Below the pieces are notes generated by a model. That model saw nothing but the letters and a program-made list of their open reading frames with translations, was not told where the DNA came from and did no database searches. The translations under genes and the position numbers were made by a program. Below are positions 27,746-37,779 of a DNA stretch of 37,810 nt, one piece after another; position 1 is the stretch's first letter, and the number at the start of each line of letters is the position of its first letter. Origin of the DNA: a virus; UHGV virus genome UHGV-0122784; one strand, 5' to 3'.

Positions 27746-29233
27746 ATGTTTGAAGATGCTTTAAATGCCGTTAATGCTGTCCGGGATAAAACCGGTGGAG
27801 GCAGGAAAACAACCGGCAAAGGCACGTTCCGTAACGTGCCGTTTCTCGTCATCGAGGAGCAAAAACAGGCTGGCGGACGTCGCCTGGTTAAACGCGAGTA
27901 CCCGTTACGTGATACCGGCGGCGTCAATGACCTGGGGAAAAAGCTTCGCTCCCGTACATTCAGCGCCTGCATTCTGAACAGCAACGCAGAAACAGCCAGA
28001 GATGAAGCGGGTGCGCTGATGGATGCTCTTGATGCTCCGGGTAGCGGTGAGCTGGTACATCCTGATTTCGGCACTGTGGACGTCATGGTGGATTCATGGG
28101 AATGCCGCACTAAAGCGGATGAACTGAATTATTACGCGTTCACCGTTACCGTTTATCCGTCGTTGCAGGATACTGCCCCGGACGCAGAAACAGACACCAG
28201 TGCAGCCGTACCGGCACAGGCCGTTGCTGTAACCGGTTCTCTGGGAGATACGCTGTCCTCTGTCTGGCAGACCGTAAAAGATGGCACTGCGGCGGCAACC
28301 GCCGTGATGGAAGCTGTAACCGGTGTCATCGATGATATCAGTGATGCGGTGGACAATCTGGGGGTTACGCAGACTGTCAGCGGTCTGATGGGATCGCTTT
28401 CTGCGATGAAAGGCTCTGTGACCAGCCTGATTAACCAGCCTGCCATGCTGGCCTCCTCGCTGATGGGGGCGCTGTCCGGCGTTTCATCGTTATGCGATAC
28501 CCGGACAGCATTTTCCACATGGAACCGTCTGGCGCAGCGATTCGAACGTCGCCATGCCGCCACCGCAGGCAGACAGGGGGCAATCACAACCTCGTACAAC
28601 AGTCCGGTTGCAGAAAAAAATATTGCCACACTGAACTACGTCATGCTGGCAGCGGCGCAGACATACCGGGCAGAAGCTGCCAGCCAGGCACTGACTGCGG
28701 CACTGGATTTCAGTCGCCGGATGGATAATGCCGCCCGTGCACCTGTACTGGATGCCCCGTCCACCACAACCGGCACAGCCAGCGGGGCCAGCAGCACATC
28801 TGCTACCGTCACACAGGGACAGTTACAGTTAACTGCCATAACCCCGGACGGCGGCTTTTCACAGGTATCCTTTTCAGACAGTGGTACAGCCACGCCCCCG
28901 GTATTTGAAAGTGTGTCCGATATCGGAAAAACAGCCGCCATGCTGGGGGCTGCACTGGATACCGTCATTCTGACGGCATCTGAGCAGGGCTTTTCGACAG
29001 ACAGCGTTCAGCTTACGCAACTGCGTCTGCTGGTTGTTGCCGACCTGGAAAAACGCGGGCTGCAACTGGCGGGCAGTGAAACGCATCGCCTGCCGGAGAC
29101 GATGCCTGCAATGGTGGCCCTGTACCGTTACACAGGAAACAGCCGGAACTGGCAACGGCTGGCCCGCAGGAACGGTATCAGCAACCCGTTGTTTGTTCCC
29201 GGTGGTGTCAGTATTGAGGTGATTAATGAGTAA
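27746..29233 (+). CDS. N: DNA circularisation protein N (tail/baseplate-associated)
   Basis: 495 aa, Mu N position. Confidence 0.8.
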   Translation: MFEDALNAVNAVRDKTGGGRKTTGKGTFRNVPFLVIEEQKQAGGRRLVKREYPLRDTGGVNDLGKKLRSRTFSACILNSNAETARDEAGALMDALDAPGSGELVHPDFGTVDVMVDSWECRTKADELNYYAFTVTVYPSLQDTAPDAETDTSAAVPAQAVAVTGSLGDTLSSVWQTVKDGTAAATAVMEAVTGVIDDISDAVDNLGVTQTVSGLMGSLSAMKGSVTSLINQPAMLASSLMGALSGVSSLCDTRTAFSTWNRLAQRFERRHAATAGRQGAITTSYNSPVAEKNIATLNYVMLAAAQTYRAEAASQALTAALDFSRRMDNAARAPVLDAPSTTTGTASGASSTSATVTQGQLQLTAITPDGGFSQVSFSDSGTATPPVFESVSDIGKTAAMLGAALDTVILTASEQGFSTDSVQLTQLRLLVVADLEKRGLQLAGSETHRLPETMPAMVALYRYTGNSRNWQRLARRNGISNPLFVPGGVSIEVINE

Positions 29234-30365
29234 TACCGTCACGCTGCGAACGGATGGCAGGCTTTTTACCGGCTGGACGTCAGTCTCTGTCACCCGCTCG
29301 ATTGAATCCGTAGCCGGATATTTTGAGCTGGGGGTGAACGTGCCACCGGGTACGGATTTATCCGGGCTGGCACCGGGGAAGGCGTTCACGCTGGAAATCG
29401 GGGGGCAGATTGTCTGCACCGGTTATATCGATTCACGGCGACGCCAGATGACCGCTGACAGTATGAAAATCACTGTCGCCGGACGTGACAAAACGGCTGA
29501 CCTGATTGACTGTGCTGCCGTTTACAGTGGCGGACAGTGGAAAAACCGCACACTGGAGCAGATTGCGCGTGACCTGTGCGCCCCTTATAGCGTTACCGTT
29601 CGCTGGGAGCTTTCCGATAAGGAAAGTTCGGCAGTTTTTCCCGGCTTCACGCTGGACCATTCAGAAACCGTTTATGAGGCGCTGGTGCGTGCCTCCCGCG
29701 CACGCGGTGTACTGATGACCAGCAATGCCGCCGGGGAGCTGGTATTCAGCCGGGCTGCCAGCACAGCCACTGATGAGCTGGTTCTCGGAGAAAATCTGCT
29801 GACACTGGATTTTGAGGAAGACTTCCGCGACCGGTTCAGCGAATACACCGTCAAGGGGTATGCCCGCGCAAATGGTGCTGAGGGTGATGATATTGATGCG
29901 AAAAGTATCGTCTCCCGGAAAGGGACCGCCACGGACAGTGATGTGACCCGTTACAGACCGATGATCATCATTGCTGACAGCAAAATTACGGTGAAGGATG
30001 CACAGGCCCGCGCCCTGCGTGAGCAACGCCGCAGACTGGCAAGATCCATCACCTTTGAGGCTGAAATTGACGGATGGACTCGCAAGGACGGGCAACTCTG
30101 GATGCCGAACCTGCTGGTCACTATTGATGCCTCGAAATATGCCATCAAAACCACGGAATTACTGGTCAGCAAAGTCACCCTGATACTGAATGACCAGGAC
30201 GGGCTGAAAACCCGCGTCAGCCTTGCACCACGCGAAGGCTTTCTGGTGCCGGTTGAAAGCGACCGTAAAAACAGGAAAGGCGGCGACAGTAACGGCGGTA
30301 TTGATGCGCTGGTTGAAGATTATTATCGCAGACACCCGGAGAAAACGCCGCCGTGGAAAGAGTAA
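29226..30365 (+). CDS. P: Baseplate hub protein P
   Basis: 379 aa, Mu P position. Confidence 0.8.
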   Translation: MSNTVTLRTDGRLFTGWTSVSVTRSIESVAGYFELGVNVPPGTDLSGLAPGKAFTLEIGGQIVCTGYIDSRRRQMTADSMKITVAGRDKTADLIDCAAVYSGGQWKNRTLEQIARDLCAPYSVTVRWELSDKESSAVFPGFTLDHSETVYEALVRASRARGVLMTSNAAGELVFSRAASTATDELVLGENLLTLDFEEDFRDRFSEYTVKGYARANGAEGDDIDAKSIVSRKGTATDSDVTRYRPMIIIADSKITVKDAQARALREQRRRLARSITFEAEIDGWTRKDGQLWMPNLLVTIDASKYAIKTTELLVSKVTLILNDQDGLKTRVSLAPREGFLVPVESDRKNRKGGDSNGGIDALVEDYYRRHPEKTPPWKE

Positions 30366-30946
30366 ATGATTCCGCCCTGAACCGCCTGCTGACGCCGCTG
30401 ATGCGTCGTGTGCGCCTGATGCTTGCGCGTGCCGTTGTTAACGTGATTAACGACGGGCGAAAAGTTCAGAACCTGCAGGTCGGCCTGCTGGATGATGAGG
30501 AATCTGATGAAGTGGAGCGCCTGCAAAATTACGGGCATTTCAGCGTTCCCCTGCCGGGAGCAGAGGCGCTGATTGCCTGTGTGGGCGCACAACGTGATCA
30601 GGGGATTGCTGTTGTGGTGGAAGACCGCCGCTACCGCCCGACAAATCTTGAATCGGGTGATGCAGGCATTTACCACCATGAGGGGCATCGTATCAGGCTG
30701 ACAAAGGACGGACGCTGCATCATTACCTGTAAAACGGTCGAGGTTTACGCTGATGAAAGTATGACCGTTGACACACCCAGAACCACGTTTACCGGCGACG
30801 TTGAGATCCAGAAAGGTCTGGGCGTTAAAGGTAAAAGCCAGTTCGACAGCAATATTACTGCCCCGGATGCCATCATCAATGGCAAATCGACGGATAAGCA
30901 TATCCACCGTGGCGACAGCGGCGGAACCACGGGGCCAATGCAATGA
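30353..30946 (+). CDS. Q: Baseplate central spike protein Q (P2 gpV-like)
   Basis: 197 aa; GTG start overlapping the P stop. Confidence 0.75.
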   Translation: MERVNDSALNRLLTPLMRRVRLMLARAVVNVINDGRKVQNLQVGLLDDEESDEVERLQNYGHFSVPLPGAEALIACVGAQRDQGIAVVVEDRRYRPTNLESGDAGIYHHEGHRIRLTKDGRCIITCKTVEVYADESMTVDTPRTTFTGDVEIQKGLGVKGKSQFDSNITAPDAIINGKSTDKHIHRGDSGGTTGPMQ

Positions 30947-31380
30947 CCGATTTAGCCATTATCTGGACGAACGGACGCGGCGATATTGCACAGGATGGCA
31001 TTGATATGCTGACCGACGACAGCCTGACAACCGATGTGACAATCTCCCTGTTTACCGACCGGCGCGCGCTGGATTCTGACACGCTGCCGGATGGTTCAGA
31101 TGATCGCCGTGGATGGTGGGGTGACAGTTACCGCGACCGCCCCATCGGTTCGCGGTTGTGGCTGTTATCACGTGAAAAAGCCACACCGGATACGCTGGAA
31201 CGCGCCAGAGGGTATGCCGAAGAGGCGCTGGAATGGCTGAAAACAGCGGGCCGGGTAAGTGCGATTAACGTCAGAGCGGAACAGTTACATCAGGGCTGGT
31301 TATACCTCTACATTGCACTGACATTACCGGATGGTTCCGTTATTCCTTATGAGTTTAAAGCAGCATTTAACGGGGTTTAA
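30943..31380 (+). CDS. V: Baseplate wedge protein V (gp25/P2 W-like)
   Basis: 145 aa; ATGA overlap. Confidence 0.75.
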   Translation: MTDLAIIWTNGRGDIAQDGIDMLTDDSLTTDVTISLFTDRRALDSDTLPDGSDDRRGWWGDSYRDRPIGSRLWLLSREKATPDTLERARGYAEEALEWLKTAGRVSAINVRAEQLHQGWLYLYIALTLPDGSVIPYEFKAAFNGV

Positions 31381-32463
31381 ATGGCTTATTCACCACCGAC
31401 ATTATCATCGCTGATTGCCCGTACAGAACAGAATATTGAACAGCGCCTGCCGGGTAGCTGGCCTCAGGCCCGTGAAAAAACGCTGAGTGCCATTGCTTAT
31501 GCTCAGGCGGGCCTTGCTGCCGGTTGTCACGAGCATATTTCATGGGTTGGACGGCAGATTATCCCGTCGACAGCAGATGAAGATGAGTTGCTGGAGCACT
31601 GCCGGTTCTGGGGCGTGCGCCGCAAACAGGCGACAGCCGCCAGCGGCCCGCTGACTGTCACCACATCGGCAGCGACCACCATTCCTGCCGGTACACGCTG
31701 GCAGCGTGCTGATGGTGTGGTTTACAGCCTGGCTGATGCCATTGTGATTGACCGTGCAGGAACGACGGAAATTACCGTTACCGCACTGGCTGCCGGTGAA
31801 GCAGGAAATACCGGTGAGAATACCCTTTTAACGTTGATCACCCCGGTTGCCTGTGTTGTTTCCGATGCCATCACTGTAAAAGGGTTTTCCGGTGGAGCTG
31901 ATATTGAAAGTGCAGCGGAACTGCTGTCACGGCTGGAATATCGTGTCCAGTACCCTCCGTTCGGCGGTAATCAGTTTGATTACGTTCGCTGGGCACGTGA
32001 AGTCAGCGGCGTTACCCGTGCCTGGTGTTTTCCGACATGGAAAGGCGGTGGCACAGTCGGGGTGACGTTTGTTATGGATAACCGAAGCAATATTTTTCCA
32101 CAACCGGCAGACGTGGAACGCGTGGCGGATTATATCGCCGGTCATACTGACCCGATCACCGGCCTGATTGTCGGGCAGCCTGATGGTGTAAATGTCACGG
32201 TATTTGCGCCAAAGGCAAAGCCGGTAAATCCACGGATTTATATATCACCGAAGACAGCCGAACTGAAACAGGCTATTACCCACGCCATTAATACCATGTT
32301 TTTTAATGAGGTGACGCCGGGCGGCGCACTTGCCCCCTCCCGTATTATCCGTGCGGTGGCAGGTGTTACCGGTCTGGATGATTTTGAAGTGCGTTTCCCG
32401 ACAGAGATCCAGCGTTCGGAGAATACGGAACTGTTAACACCGGGGACAATTGAATGGCTGTAA
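31381..32463 (+). CDS. W: Baseplate wedge protein W (P2 J-like)
   Basis: 360 aa. Confidence 0.8.
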   Translation: MAYSPPTLSSLIARTEQNIEQRLPGSWPQAREKTLSAIAYAQAGLAAGCHEHISWVGRQIIPSTADEDELLEHCRFWGVRRKQATAASGPLTVTTSAATTIPAGTRWQRADGVVYSLADAIVIDRAGTTEITVTALAAGEAGNTGENTLLTLITPVACVVSDAITVKGFSGGADIESAAELLSRLEYRVQYPPFGGNQFDYVRWAREVSGVTRAWCFPTWKGGGTVGVTFVMDNRSNIFPQPADVERVADYIAGHTDPITGLIVGQPDGVNVTVFAPKAKPVNPRIYISPKTAELKQAITHAINTMFFNEVTPGGALAPSRIIRAVAGVTGLDDFEVRFPTEIQRSENTELLTPGTIEWL

Positions 32464-32996
32464 CACCCTATCAGACGGCCTTTCTGCAATTACTGCCGTC
32501 AGGGCTTGCCTGGAATAAAAGCCCCGACAGCAAATTATCTGCGCTGGCGCAGGCCATCAGCGACGTGATTGCCACTGCGGCGGATGATGCGCGGCAAATG
32601 CTGCGGGAGCGTTTCCCGTCCACATCCCGCTGGTATCTGGGGGAGTGGGAATCATTTCTGGGGTTGCCGGACTGTACAAGCGAAAACGGCACCCTGTCCG
32701 AACGCCAGCGGGCTGCCGCGAATAAAATGCGTATGACCGGCAATCTGAGTCGGCGCTTTTATGAATGGCTGGCTGCGCAGTACGGTTTTACCGTCAGGCT
32801 GACGGATTCCACAGAAGGCCAGTGGGTTACGCAGGTCAATATTTACGGTATTAAAAATTATCGCAACGCAACGGTGCTGGATAATGTTCTGACGCCGTTA
32901 CGTGTTTATGAATCGGGTGCGCTGGAATGTTTACTGGAGAAATATAAACCCGCGCATCAGATTTATAAATTTGTTTACCATGACGGAGATAACTAA
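32454..32996 (+). CDS. R: Baseplate protein R (P2 I-like)
   Basis: 180 aa. Confidence 0.75.
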   Translation: MAVTPYQTAFLQLLPSGLAWNKSPDSKLSALAQAISDVIATAADDARQMLRERFPSTSRWYLGEWESFLGLPDCTSENGTLSERQRAAANKMRMTGNLSRRFYEWLAAQYGFTVRLTDSTEGQWVTQVNIYGIKNYRNATVLDNVLTPLRVYESGALECLLEKYKPAHQIYKFVYHDGDN

Positions 32997-34378
32997 TGTT
33001 TTATATTGATAACGACAGCGGCGTAACCGTCATGCCGCCCGTATCCGCCCAGCGTAGTGCTATCGTTCGCTGGTTTTCAGAAGGTGACGGGAATAATGTT
33101 ATCACATGGCCCGGCATGGACTGGTTTAATATTGTGCAGGCGGAGTTATTAAACACGCTGGAAGAAGCCGGTATTCAACCGGATAAAACAAAATTAAACC
33201 AGCTTGCACTGTCCATTAAAGCCATCATGAACAAGAACGCGCTGCTGATAAAAAATAACCTCAGCGAAATTAAAACTGCCGGGGCATCAGCACAGCGTAC
33301 AGCACGTGAAAATCTGGATATCTGGGATGCCAGCCTGAACAAAAAAGGACTCGTTCAGCTAACCAGTGCCACTGACAGCCCCAGTGAAACGCTGGCAGCC
33401 ACCGCAAAAGCGGTGAAAATTGCGATGGATAATGCCAATGCCCGTCTGGCAAAAGACCGGAACGGAGCAGATATTCCCAATAAGCCGCTGTTTATCCAAA
33501 ACCTCGGTTTACAGGAAACGGTAAACAGGGCTAGTAACGCCGTGCAAAAAAATGGCGATACCTTGTCCGGTGGGCTTACTTTTGAAAATGACTCAATCCT
33601 TGCCTGGATTCGAAATACTGACTGGGCGAAGATTGGATTTAAAAATGATGCTGATGGTGACACTGATTCATACATGTGGTTTGAAACAGGCGACAACGGC
33701 AATGAATATTTCAAATGGAGAAGCCGCCAGAGCACCACAACAAAAGACCTGATGACGCTGAAATGGGATGCACTAAATATTCTGGTAAATGCCGTCATTA
33801 ATGGCAGTCTTGGAGTTGGTACGACGAATGCGTTAGGTGGTAGCTCTATTGTTCTTGGTGATAATGACACCGGATTCAAACAGAATGGTGATGGTATTCT
33901 GGATGTTTACGCTAATAGTCAGCGAGTATTCCGCTTTCAGAATGGAGTTGCTATTGCTTTTAAAAACATTCAGGCAGGTGATAGTAAAAAGTTCTCGCTA
34001 TCCAGCTCCAACACCTCCACAAAGAATGCAACGTTTAATTTATGGGGTGCTTCAACCCGTCCAGTAGTTGCAGAGTTAGGCGATGAGGCAGGATGGCATT
34101 TCTATAGCCAGCGAAATACAGATAACTCGGTAATATTTTCTGTTAACGGTCAGATACAGCCCAGCAACTGGGGGAATTTTGATTCACGCTATGTAAAAGA
34201 TGTTCGCCTGGGTACGCGTGTTGTTCAATTGATGGCGCGTGGTGGTCGTTATGAAAAAGCCGGACACGCAATTACCGGATTAAGAATCATTGGTGAAGTA
34301 GATGGCGATGATGAAGCCATCTTCAGACCAATACAAAAATACATCAATGGCACATGGTATAACGTCGCACAGGTGTAA
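32996..34378 (+). CDS. S: Tail fibre protein S (constant part Sc up to gixL, variable part Sv inside the G segment)
   Basis: 460 aa; gixL (IQNLGL codons) lies inside the ORF at ~33492-33517. Confidence 0.9.
   Translation: MFYIDNDSGVTVMPPVSAQRSAIVRWFSEGDGNNVITWPGMDWFNIVQAELLNTLEEAGIQPDKTKLNQLALSIKAIMNKNALLIKNNLSEIKTAGASAQRTARENLDIWDASLNKKGLVQLTSATDSPSETLAATAKAVKIAMDNANARLAKDRNGADIPNKPLFIQNLGLQETVNRASNAVQKNGDTLSGGLTFENDSILAWIRNTDWAKIGFKNDADGDTDSYMWFETGDNGNEYFKWRSRQSTTTKDLMTLKWDALNILVNAVINGSLGVGTTNALGGSSIVLGDNDTGFKQNGDGILDVYANSQRVFRFQNGVAIAFKNIQAGDSKKFSLSSSNTSTKNATFNLWGASTRPVVAELGDEAGWHFYSQRNTDNSVIFSVNGQIQPSNWGNFDSRYVKDVRLGTRVVQLMARGGRYEKAGHAITGLRIIGEVDGDDEAIFRPIQKYINGTWYNVAQV
33492..33517. repeat. 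gixL recombination site (left inverted repeat of the G segment)
   Basis: TTATCCAAAACCTCGGTTTAC, whose reverse complement recurs at 36175-36195. Confidence 0.9.
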
Positions 34379-34381
34379 ATT

Positions 34382-34909
34382 ATGCAGCATTTAAAAAATA
34401 TTAAGTCCGGAAATCCAAAAACAAAAGAACAATATCAGCTAACAAAGAATTTTGATGTTATCTGGTTATGGTCCGAAGACGGTAAAAACTGGTATGAGGA
34501 AGTAAATAACTTTCAGGACGACACCATAAAGATTGTATACGACGAAAATAATATTATTGTTGCCATAACCAAAGATGCCTCAACGCTTAATCCCGAAGGC
34601 TTTAGTGTCGTTGAGATTCCAGATATAACAGCCAATCGTCGTGCCGATGATTCAGGGAAGTGGATGTTTAAGGACGGAACTGTGGTTAAGCGGATTTATA
34701 CAGCAGACGAACAGCAACAACAGGCCGAATCACAAAAGGTCGCGTTGCTTTCTGAAGCTGAAAGCGTTATTCAGCCACTGGAACGCGCTGTCAGGCTGAA
34801 TATGGCGACGGATGAGGAACGCACACGACTGGAGTCATGGGAACGCTACAGCGTTCTGGTCAGCCGTGTGGATACAGCAAATCCCGAATGGCCACAAAAG
34901 CCTGAGTAA
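34382..34909 (+). CDS. U: Tail fibre assembly protein U
   Basis: 175 aa; paralogue of the minus-strand U' protein (shared [23 protein letters not shown]). Confidence 0.9.
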   Translation: MQHLKNIKSGNPKTKEQYQLTKNFDVIWLWSEDGKNWYEEVNNFQDDTIKIVYDENNIIVAITKDASTLNPEGFSVVEIPDITANRRADDSGKWMFKDGTVVKRIYTADEQQQQAESQKVALLSEAESVIQPLERAVRLNMATDEERTRLESWERYSVLVSRVDTANPEWPQKPE

Positions 34910-34914
34910 AAATT

Positions 34915-34934
34915 AAGGCCCAATATCGGGCCTT
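34915..34934. terminator. Bidirectional terminator between convergent U and U'
   Basis: AAGGCCC-aatatc-GGGCCTT hairpin between the two stops. Confidence 0.65.
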
Positions 34935-34937
34935 CTC

Positions 34938-35471
34938 TCATTCTGGTTGTTCGGGAAACGTTACTGGCAGGCTGGAGGTGTCTGTAGATTCGACTTTCTG
35001 CGCATAGAGCATCCACTCGGTTAATTTTTGTTTATTCTCGTCGGAAATGATGCCCAGCCGTAGCTGTGAGTCCCATAGCTGGGTTTTATCCCTGACAAGT
35101 TGCAACAGGCTTTGCTTTTCATTTTCCGCTTGTTGCCTCTGCTCTTCCTCGGTATAAGTTCGCTTTATCACTACGCCATCTTTGAACAACCATTTCCCCG
35201 AAATATCAGCCCGGCGATTTGCTGTAATATCAGGTAATTCAACGACGCTTGCGCCTTCCGGATTAATTGCTGAAACATCCTTTTCAATACAAATAATAAC
35301 GCCGTTATGGTCATAGACCATTTTCAAAGTGTCTGGCTGGAAATTCTTTTGTTCCTCATACCAGTTTTTTCCATCATCTGAATAAAGCCATTTGATGTTA
35401 AATTGCTTTGTTAGCTGGTATTGCTCTTTTGTTTTAGGGTTGCCAGCAGTAATGTTTTTTAAGTGCATCAT
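34938..35471 (-). CDS. Alternative tail fibre assembly protein U' (expressed in G(-) orientation)
   Basis: 177 aa, ~50% identical by eye to U; convergent to U. Confidence 0.9.
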   Translation of the reverse strand: MMHLKNITAGNPKTKEQYQLTKQFNIKWLYSDDGKNWYEEQKNFQPDTLKMVYDHNGVIICIEKDVSAINPEGASVVELPDITANRRADISGKWLFKDGVVIKRTYTEEEQRQQAENEKQSLLQLVRDKTQLWDSQLRLGIISDENKQKLTEWMLYAQKVESTDTSSLPVTFPEQPE

Positions 35472-35473
35472 CG

Positions 35474-36196
35474 TTAAATACTCCCCGCGTTATACCACGT
35501 CCCATTAATGCAATACTGAATTGGCCTTGCCTGTGTTGTATCAATTAATTCATCACGGTTTCCGTTAACTGAACCCGTAACGACATAACCTGACCTGTCA
35601 GACCAGCCGGGACCATTCCATGTCTGAACAGATGACAGACCGCCAAGGCGAATACCTGTAATAAACCTTGAGTTACATTCTGCCCGCGTATATGCACCAA
35701 CATCTCCCGCTGAAGGTTTTCGTGTCGTGGTATAGAAATCTGACCAACCTAATTCAAACCCATAACCATCACGAGCCGACCTGTAGGAAATGCCACCATT
35801 TTTATAATTCACACGGAATTGTACGGCAGGACAGCTACCAGCATTTATATTAAAGTGAAGAATTAATGCAGATGCACCACCAATCAGGGCGTTATATGCA
35901 CCACTATCCCAATTCCATCCAACGGATGTATCACCATTAACAGTATTACCTGTTTGTCGGAGTGCAAATGCATTGACATTTTTGGCACTAATTGAAATAT
36001 CGCTAGAACCATCAAAACCAACTCCAGCAATTTTTCGTGCTGTTTTCAGCTTTGTTGCAGTAGCGGCATTGCCGGACAGTTCCCCAGAAAGGCCACCGCT
36101 GAATGTTTGTCGATTGGTCCAGGTATTCGCTGTACTGAGTAACGGTATTTTCTCCCCGCTTGTGCCGAGTTCTCGTAAACCGAGGTTTTGGATAAT
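35474..36196 (-). CDS. Alternative tail-fibre variable segment S'v (needs G inversion to fuse with Sc; no own start)
   Basis: Minus-strand frame reading IIQNLGL across gixR, then a Gly/Ser/Asn-rich fibre sequence ending ...YCINGTWYNAGSI, parallel to the S C-terminus ...YINGTWYNVAQV. Confidence 0.8.
   Translation of the reverse strand: MIQNLGLRELGTSGEKIPLLSTANTWTNRQTFSGGLSGELSGNAATATKLKTARKIAGVGFDGSSDISISAKNVNAFALRQTGNTVNGDTSVGWNWDSGAYNALIGGASALILHFNINAGSCPAVQFRVNYKNGGISYRSARDGYGFELGWSDFYTTTRKPSAGDVGAYTRAECNSRFITGIRLGGLSSVQTWNGPGWSDRSGYVVTGSVNGNRDELIDTTQARPIQYCINGTWYNAGSI
36170..36195. repeat. gixR recombination site (right inverted repeat of the G segment)
   Basis: GTAAACCGAGGTTTTGGATAA, reverse complement of the gixL core. 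Confidence 0.9.
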
Positions 36197-36249
36197 GGTC
36201 GATTTTGGCACGCATGGCATGATTGGCGCTTTTAAACAGGAGATCCAGA

Positions 36250-36843
36250 GTGCTGATTGGCTATGTAAGGGTATCAACAAATGACCAGAATACAGACCTG
36301 CAACGAAACGCTCTTGTTTGTGCAGGATGTGAACAAATATTTGAAGATAAATTAGGCGGAACAAGGACAGACCGACCGGGATTAAAACGCGCTTTAAAGC
36401 GCCTTCAAAAAGGTGACACACTGGTTGTCTGGAAACTGGATCGCCTCGGGCGAAGCATGAAACATTTGATTTCTCTCGTAGGGGAATTACGAGAGCGAGG
36501 GATTAATTTTCGCAGTCTTACTGACAGTATTGATACGTCATCTCCAATGGGGCGTTTTTTCTTCCACGTTATGGGGGCCCTAGCTGAAATGGAACGAGAA
36601 CTAATTATCGAGCGAACGATGGCTGGACTTGCTGCCGCCAGAAATAAAGGCCGTATCGGTGGGCGACCACCTAAACTAACCAAAGCAGAGTGGGAGCAGG
36701 CCGGGCGTTTATTAGCACAAGGAATCCCCCGCAAGCAGGTCGCATTGATCTACGATGTGGCCCTCTCAACTCTGTATAAAAAACACCCTGCGAAACGAAC
36801 GCATATAGAAAACGACGATCGAATAAATCAAATCGATCGGTAA
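36250..36843 (+). CDS. gin: Serine DNA invertase Gin
   Basis: GTG start (AGGAGA SD) giving VLIGYVRVSTNDQNTDLQRNAL..., recognised as Gin; catalytic Ser in YVRVS; C-terminal HTH. The ORF track's 36223 start is an upstream extension. Confidence 0.93.
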   Translation: MLIGYVRVSTNDQNTDLQRNALVCAGCEQIFEDKLGGTRTDRPGLKRALKRLQKGDTLVVWKLDRLGRSMKHLISLVGELRERGINFRSLTDSIDTSSPMGRFFFHVMGALAEMERELIIERTMAGLAAARNKGRIGGRPPKLTKAEWEQAGRLLAQGIPRKQVALIYDVALSTLYKKHPAKRTHIENDDRINQIDR

Positions 36844-36851
36844 TACAGATC
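36817..36851. promoter_or_regulatory. Cluster of three Dam GATC sites upstream of Pmom (methylation-dependent mom control region)
   Basis: GATC at 36817-36820, 36835-36838 and 36848-36851, overlapping the 3' end of gin. Confidence 0.8.
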
Positions 36852-36855
36852 GATT

Positions 36856-36905
36856 ATGCCCTAATAACCACACTTAACCCACGATGTTTTTTAAGATAGT
36901 GGCGA
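36856..36905 (+). promoter_or_regulatory. Pmom late promoter (C-activated)
   Basis: Weak promoter with a T6 run (36887-36892) in the spacer and TAAGAT -10-like hexamer (36892-36897), ~30 bp upstream of com. Confidence 0.6.
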
Positions 36906-36925
36906 ATTGATGCAAAGGAGGTGAG

Positions 36926-37114
36926 ATGAAATCAATTCGCTGTAAAAACTGCAACAAACTGTTATTTAAGGCGGATTCCTTTGTTCACATTGAAATCAGG
37001 TGTCCGCGTTGCAAACGTCACATCATAATGCTGAATGCCTGCGAGCATCCCACGGAGAAACATTGTGGGAAAAGAGAAGAAATCACGCATTCTGACGAAA
37101 CCGTGCGTTATTGA
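36926..37114 (+). CDS. com: Com, zinc-finger translational activator of mom
   Basis: 62 aa with CxxC...CxxC (CKNC, CPRC); GGAGGTGAG SD; overlaps the mom start. Confidence 0.92.
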   Translation: MKSIRCKNCNKLLFKADSFVHIEIRCPRCKRHIIMLNACEHPTEKHCGKREEITHSDETVRY

Positions 37115-37760
37115 GTATGAAGGCCAGATTGTTGGCTATGGTTCAAAGGAGCTGCGCGTTGAAACCATATCCTGCTGGCTGGCCCGCACAATTATTCAGA
37201 CAAAGCACTATTCCCGCCGTTTTGTGAATAACTCTTACCTTCACCTGGGGGTATTCAGCGGACGCGATCTGGTTGGCGTTCTCCAGTGGGGATATGCCCT
37301 TAACCCCAACTCAGGTCGTCGTGTCGTGCTTGAAACGGATAACCGGGGCTATATGGAGTTGAACCGCATGTGGCTACACGACGACATGCCCCGCAACTCT
37401 GAATCACGGGCCATCAGCTACGCGCTGAAAGTTATCAGATTACTGTATCCGTCAGTGGAGTGGGTTCAGTCCTTTGCAGATGAACGCTGCGGACGCGCAG
37501 GCGTTGTGTATCAGGCGTCGAATTTTGATTTTATTGGCAGTCATGAAAGTACGTTCTACGAGCTGGATGGTGAGTGGTATCACGAGATAACGATGAACGC
37601 GATTAAGCGAGGTGGACAACGAGGCGTGTATTTACGGGCTAATAAAGAGCGTGCCGTGGTGCACAAATTTAATCAGTATCGCTACATCAGATTCCTGAAC
37701 AAACGAGCAAGGAAGCGGCTAAATACCAAACTATTCAAGGTTCAGCCATACCCTAAGTGA
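37035..37760 (+). CDS. mom: Mom DNA-modification (anti-restriction adenine modification) protein; the true start is probably the internal GTG at 37065
   Basis: ORF recognised as Mu Mom; GGAG lies 6-10 nt before GTG 37065, whereas ATG 37035 lacks an SD; the overlap with com fits Com-dependent translational control. Confidence 0.88.
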   Translation: MPASIPRRNIVGKEKKSRILTKPCVIEYEGQIVGYGSKELRVETISCWLARTIIQTKHYSRRFVNNSYLHLGVFSGRDLVGVLQWGYALNPNSGRRVVLETDNRGYMELNRMWLHDDMPRNSESRAISYALKVIRLLYPSVEWVQSFADERCGRAGVVYQASNFDFIGSHESTFYELDGEWYHEITMNAIKRGGQRGVYLRANKERAVVHKFNQYRYIRFLNKRARKRLNTKLFKVQPYPK

Positions 37761-37779
37761 TCCCCATGTAATGAATAAA

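Larger units (their letters stand above)
33492..36195. other. Invertible G segment (~2.7 kb), present in G(+) orientation
   Basis: Bounded by inverted gix repeats; Sv-U on the plus strand fused to Sc, S'v-U' on the minus strand; gin immediately downstream. Confidence 0.9.

Noticed and set aside
36196-36421. Upstream part of the minus-strand S' ORF beyond gixR into the gin 5' region
   Set aside because: The S'v segment has no own start; it is expressed only after inversion as an Sc-S'v fusion, so the open frame past gixR (and the track's Met at 36421) is not expected to be coding.
36250-36843. Serine recombinase considered as a phage integrase or resolvase of another mobile element
   Set aside because: It is Gin, with gix sites and the G segment immediately upstream; the phage integrates by DDE transposition, and no tyrosine integrase or attP is present.
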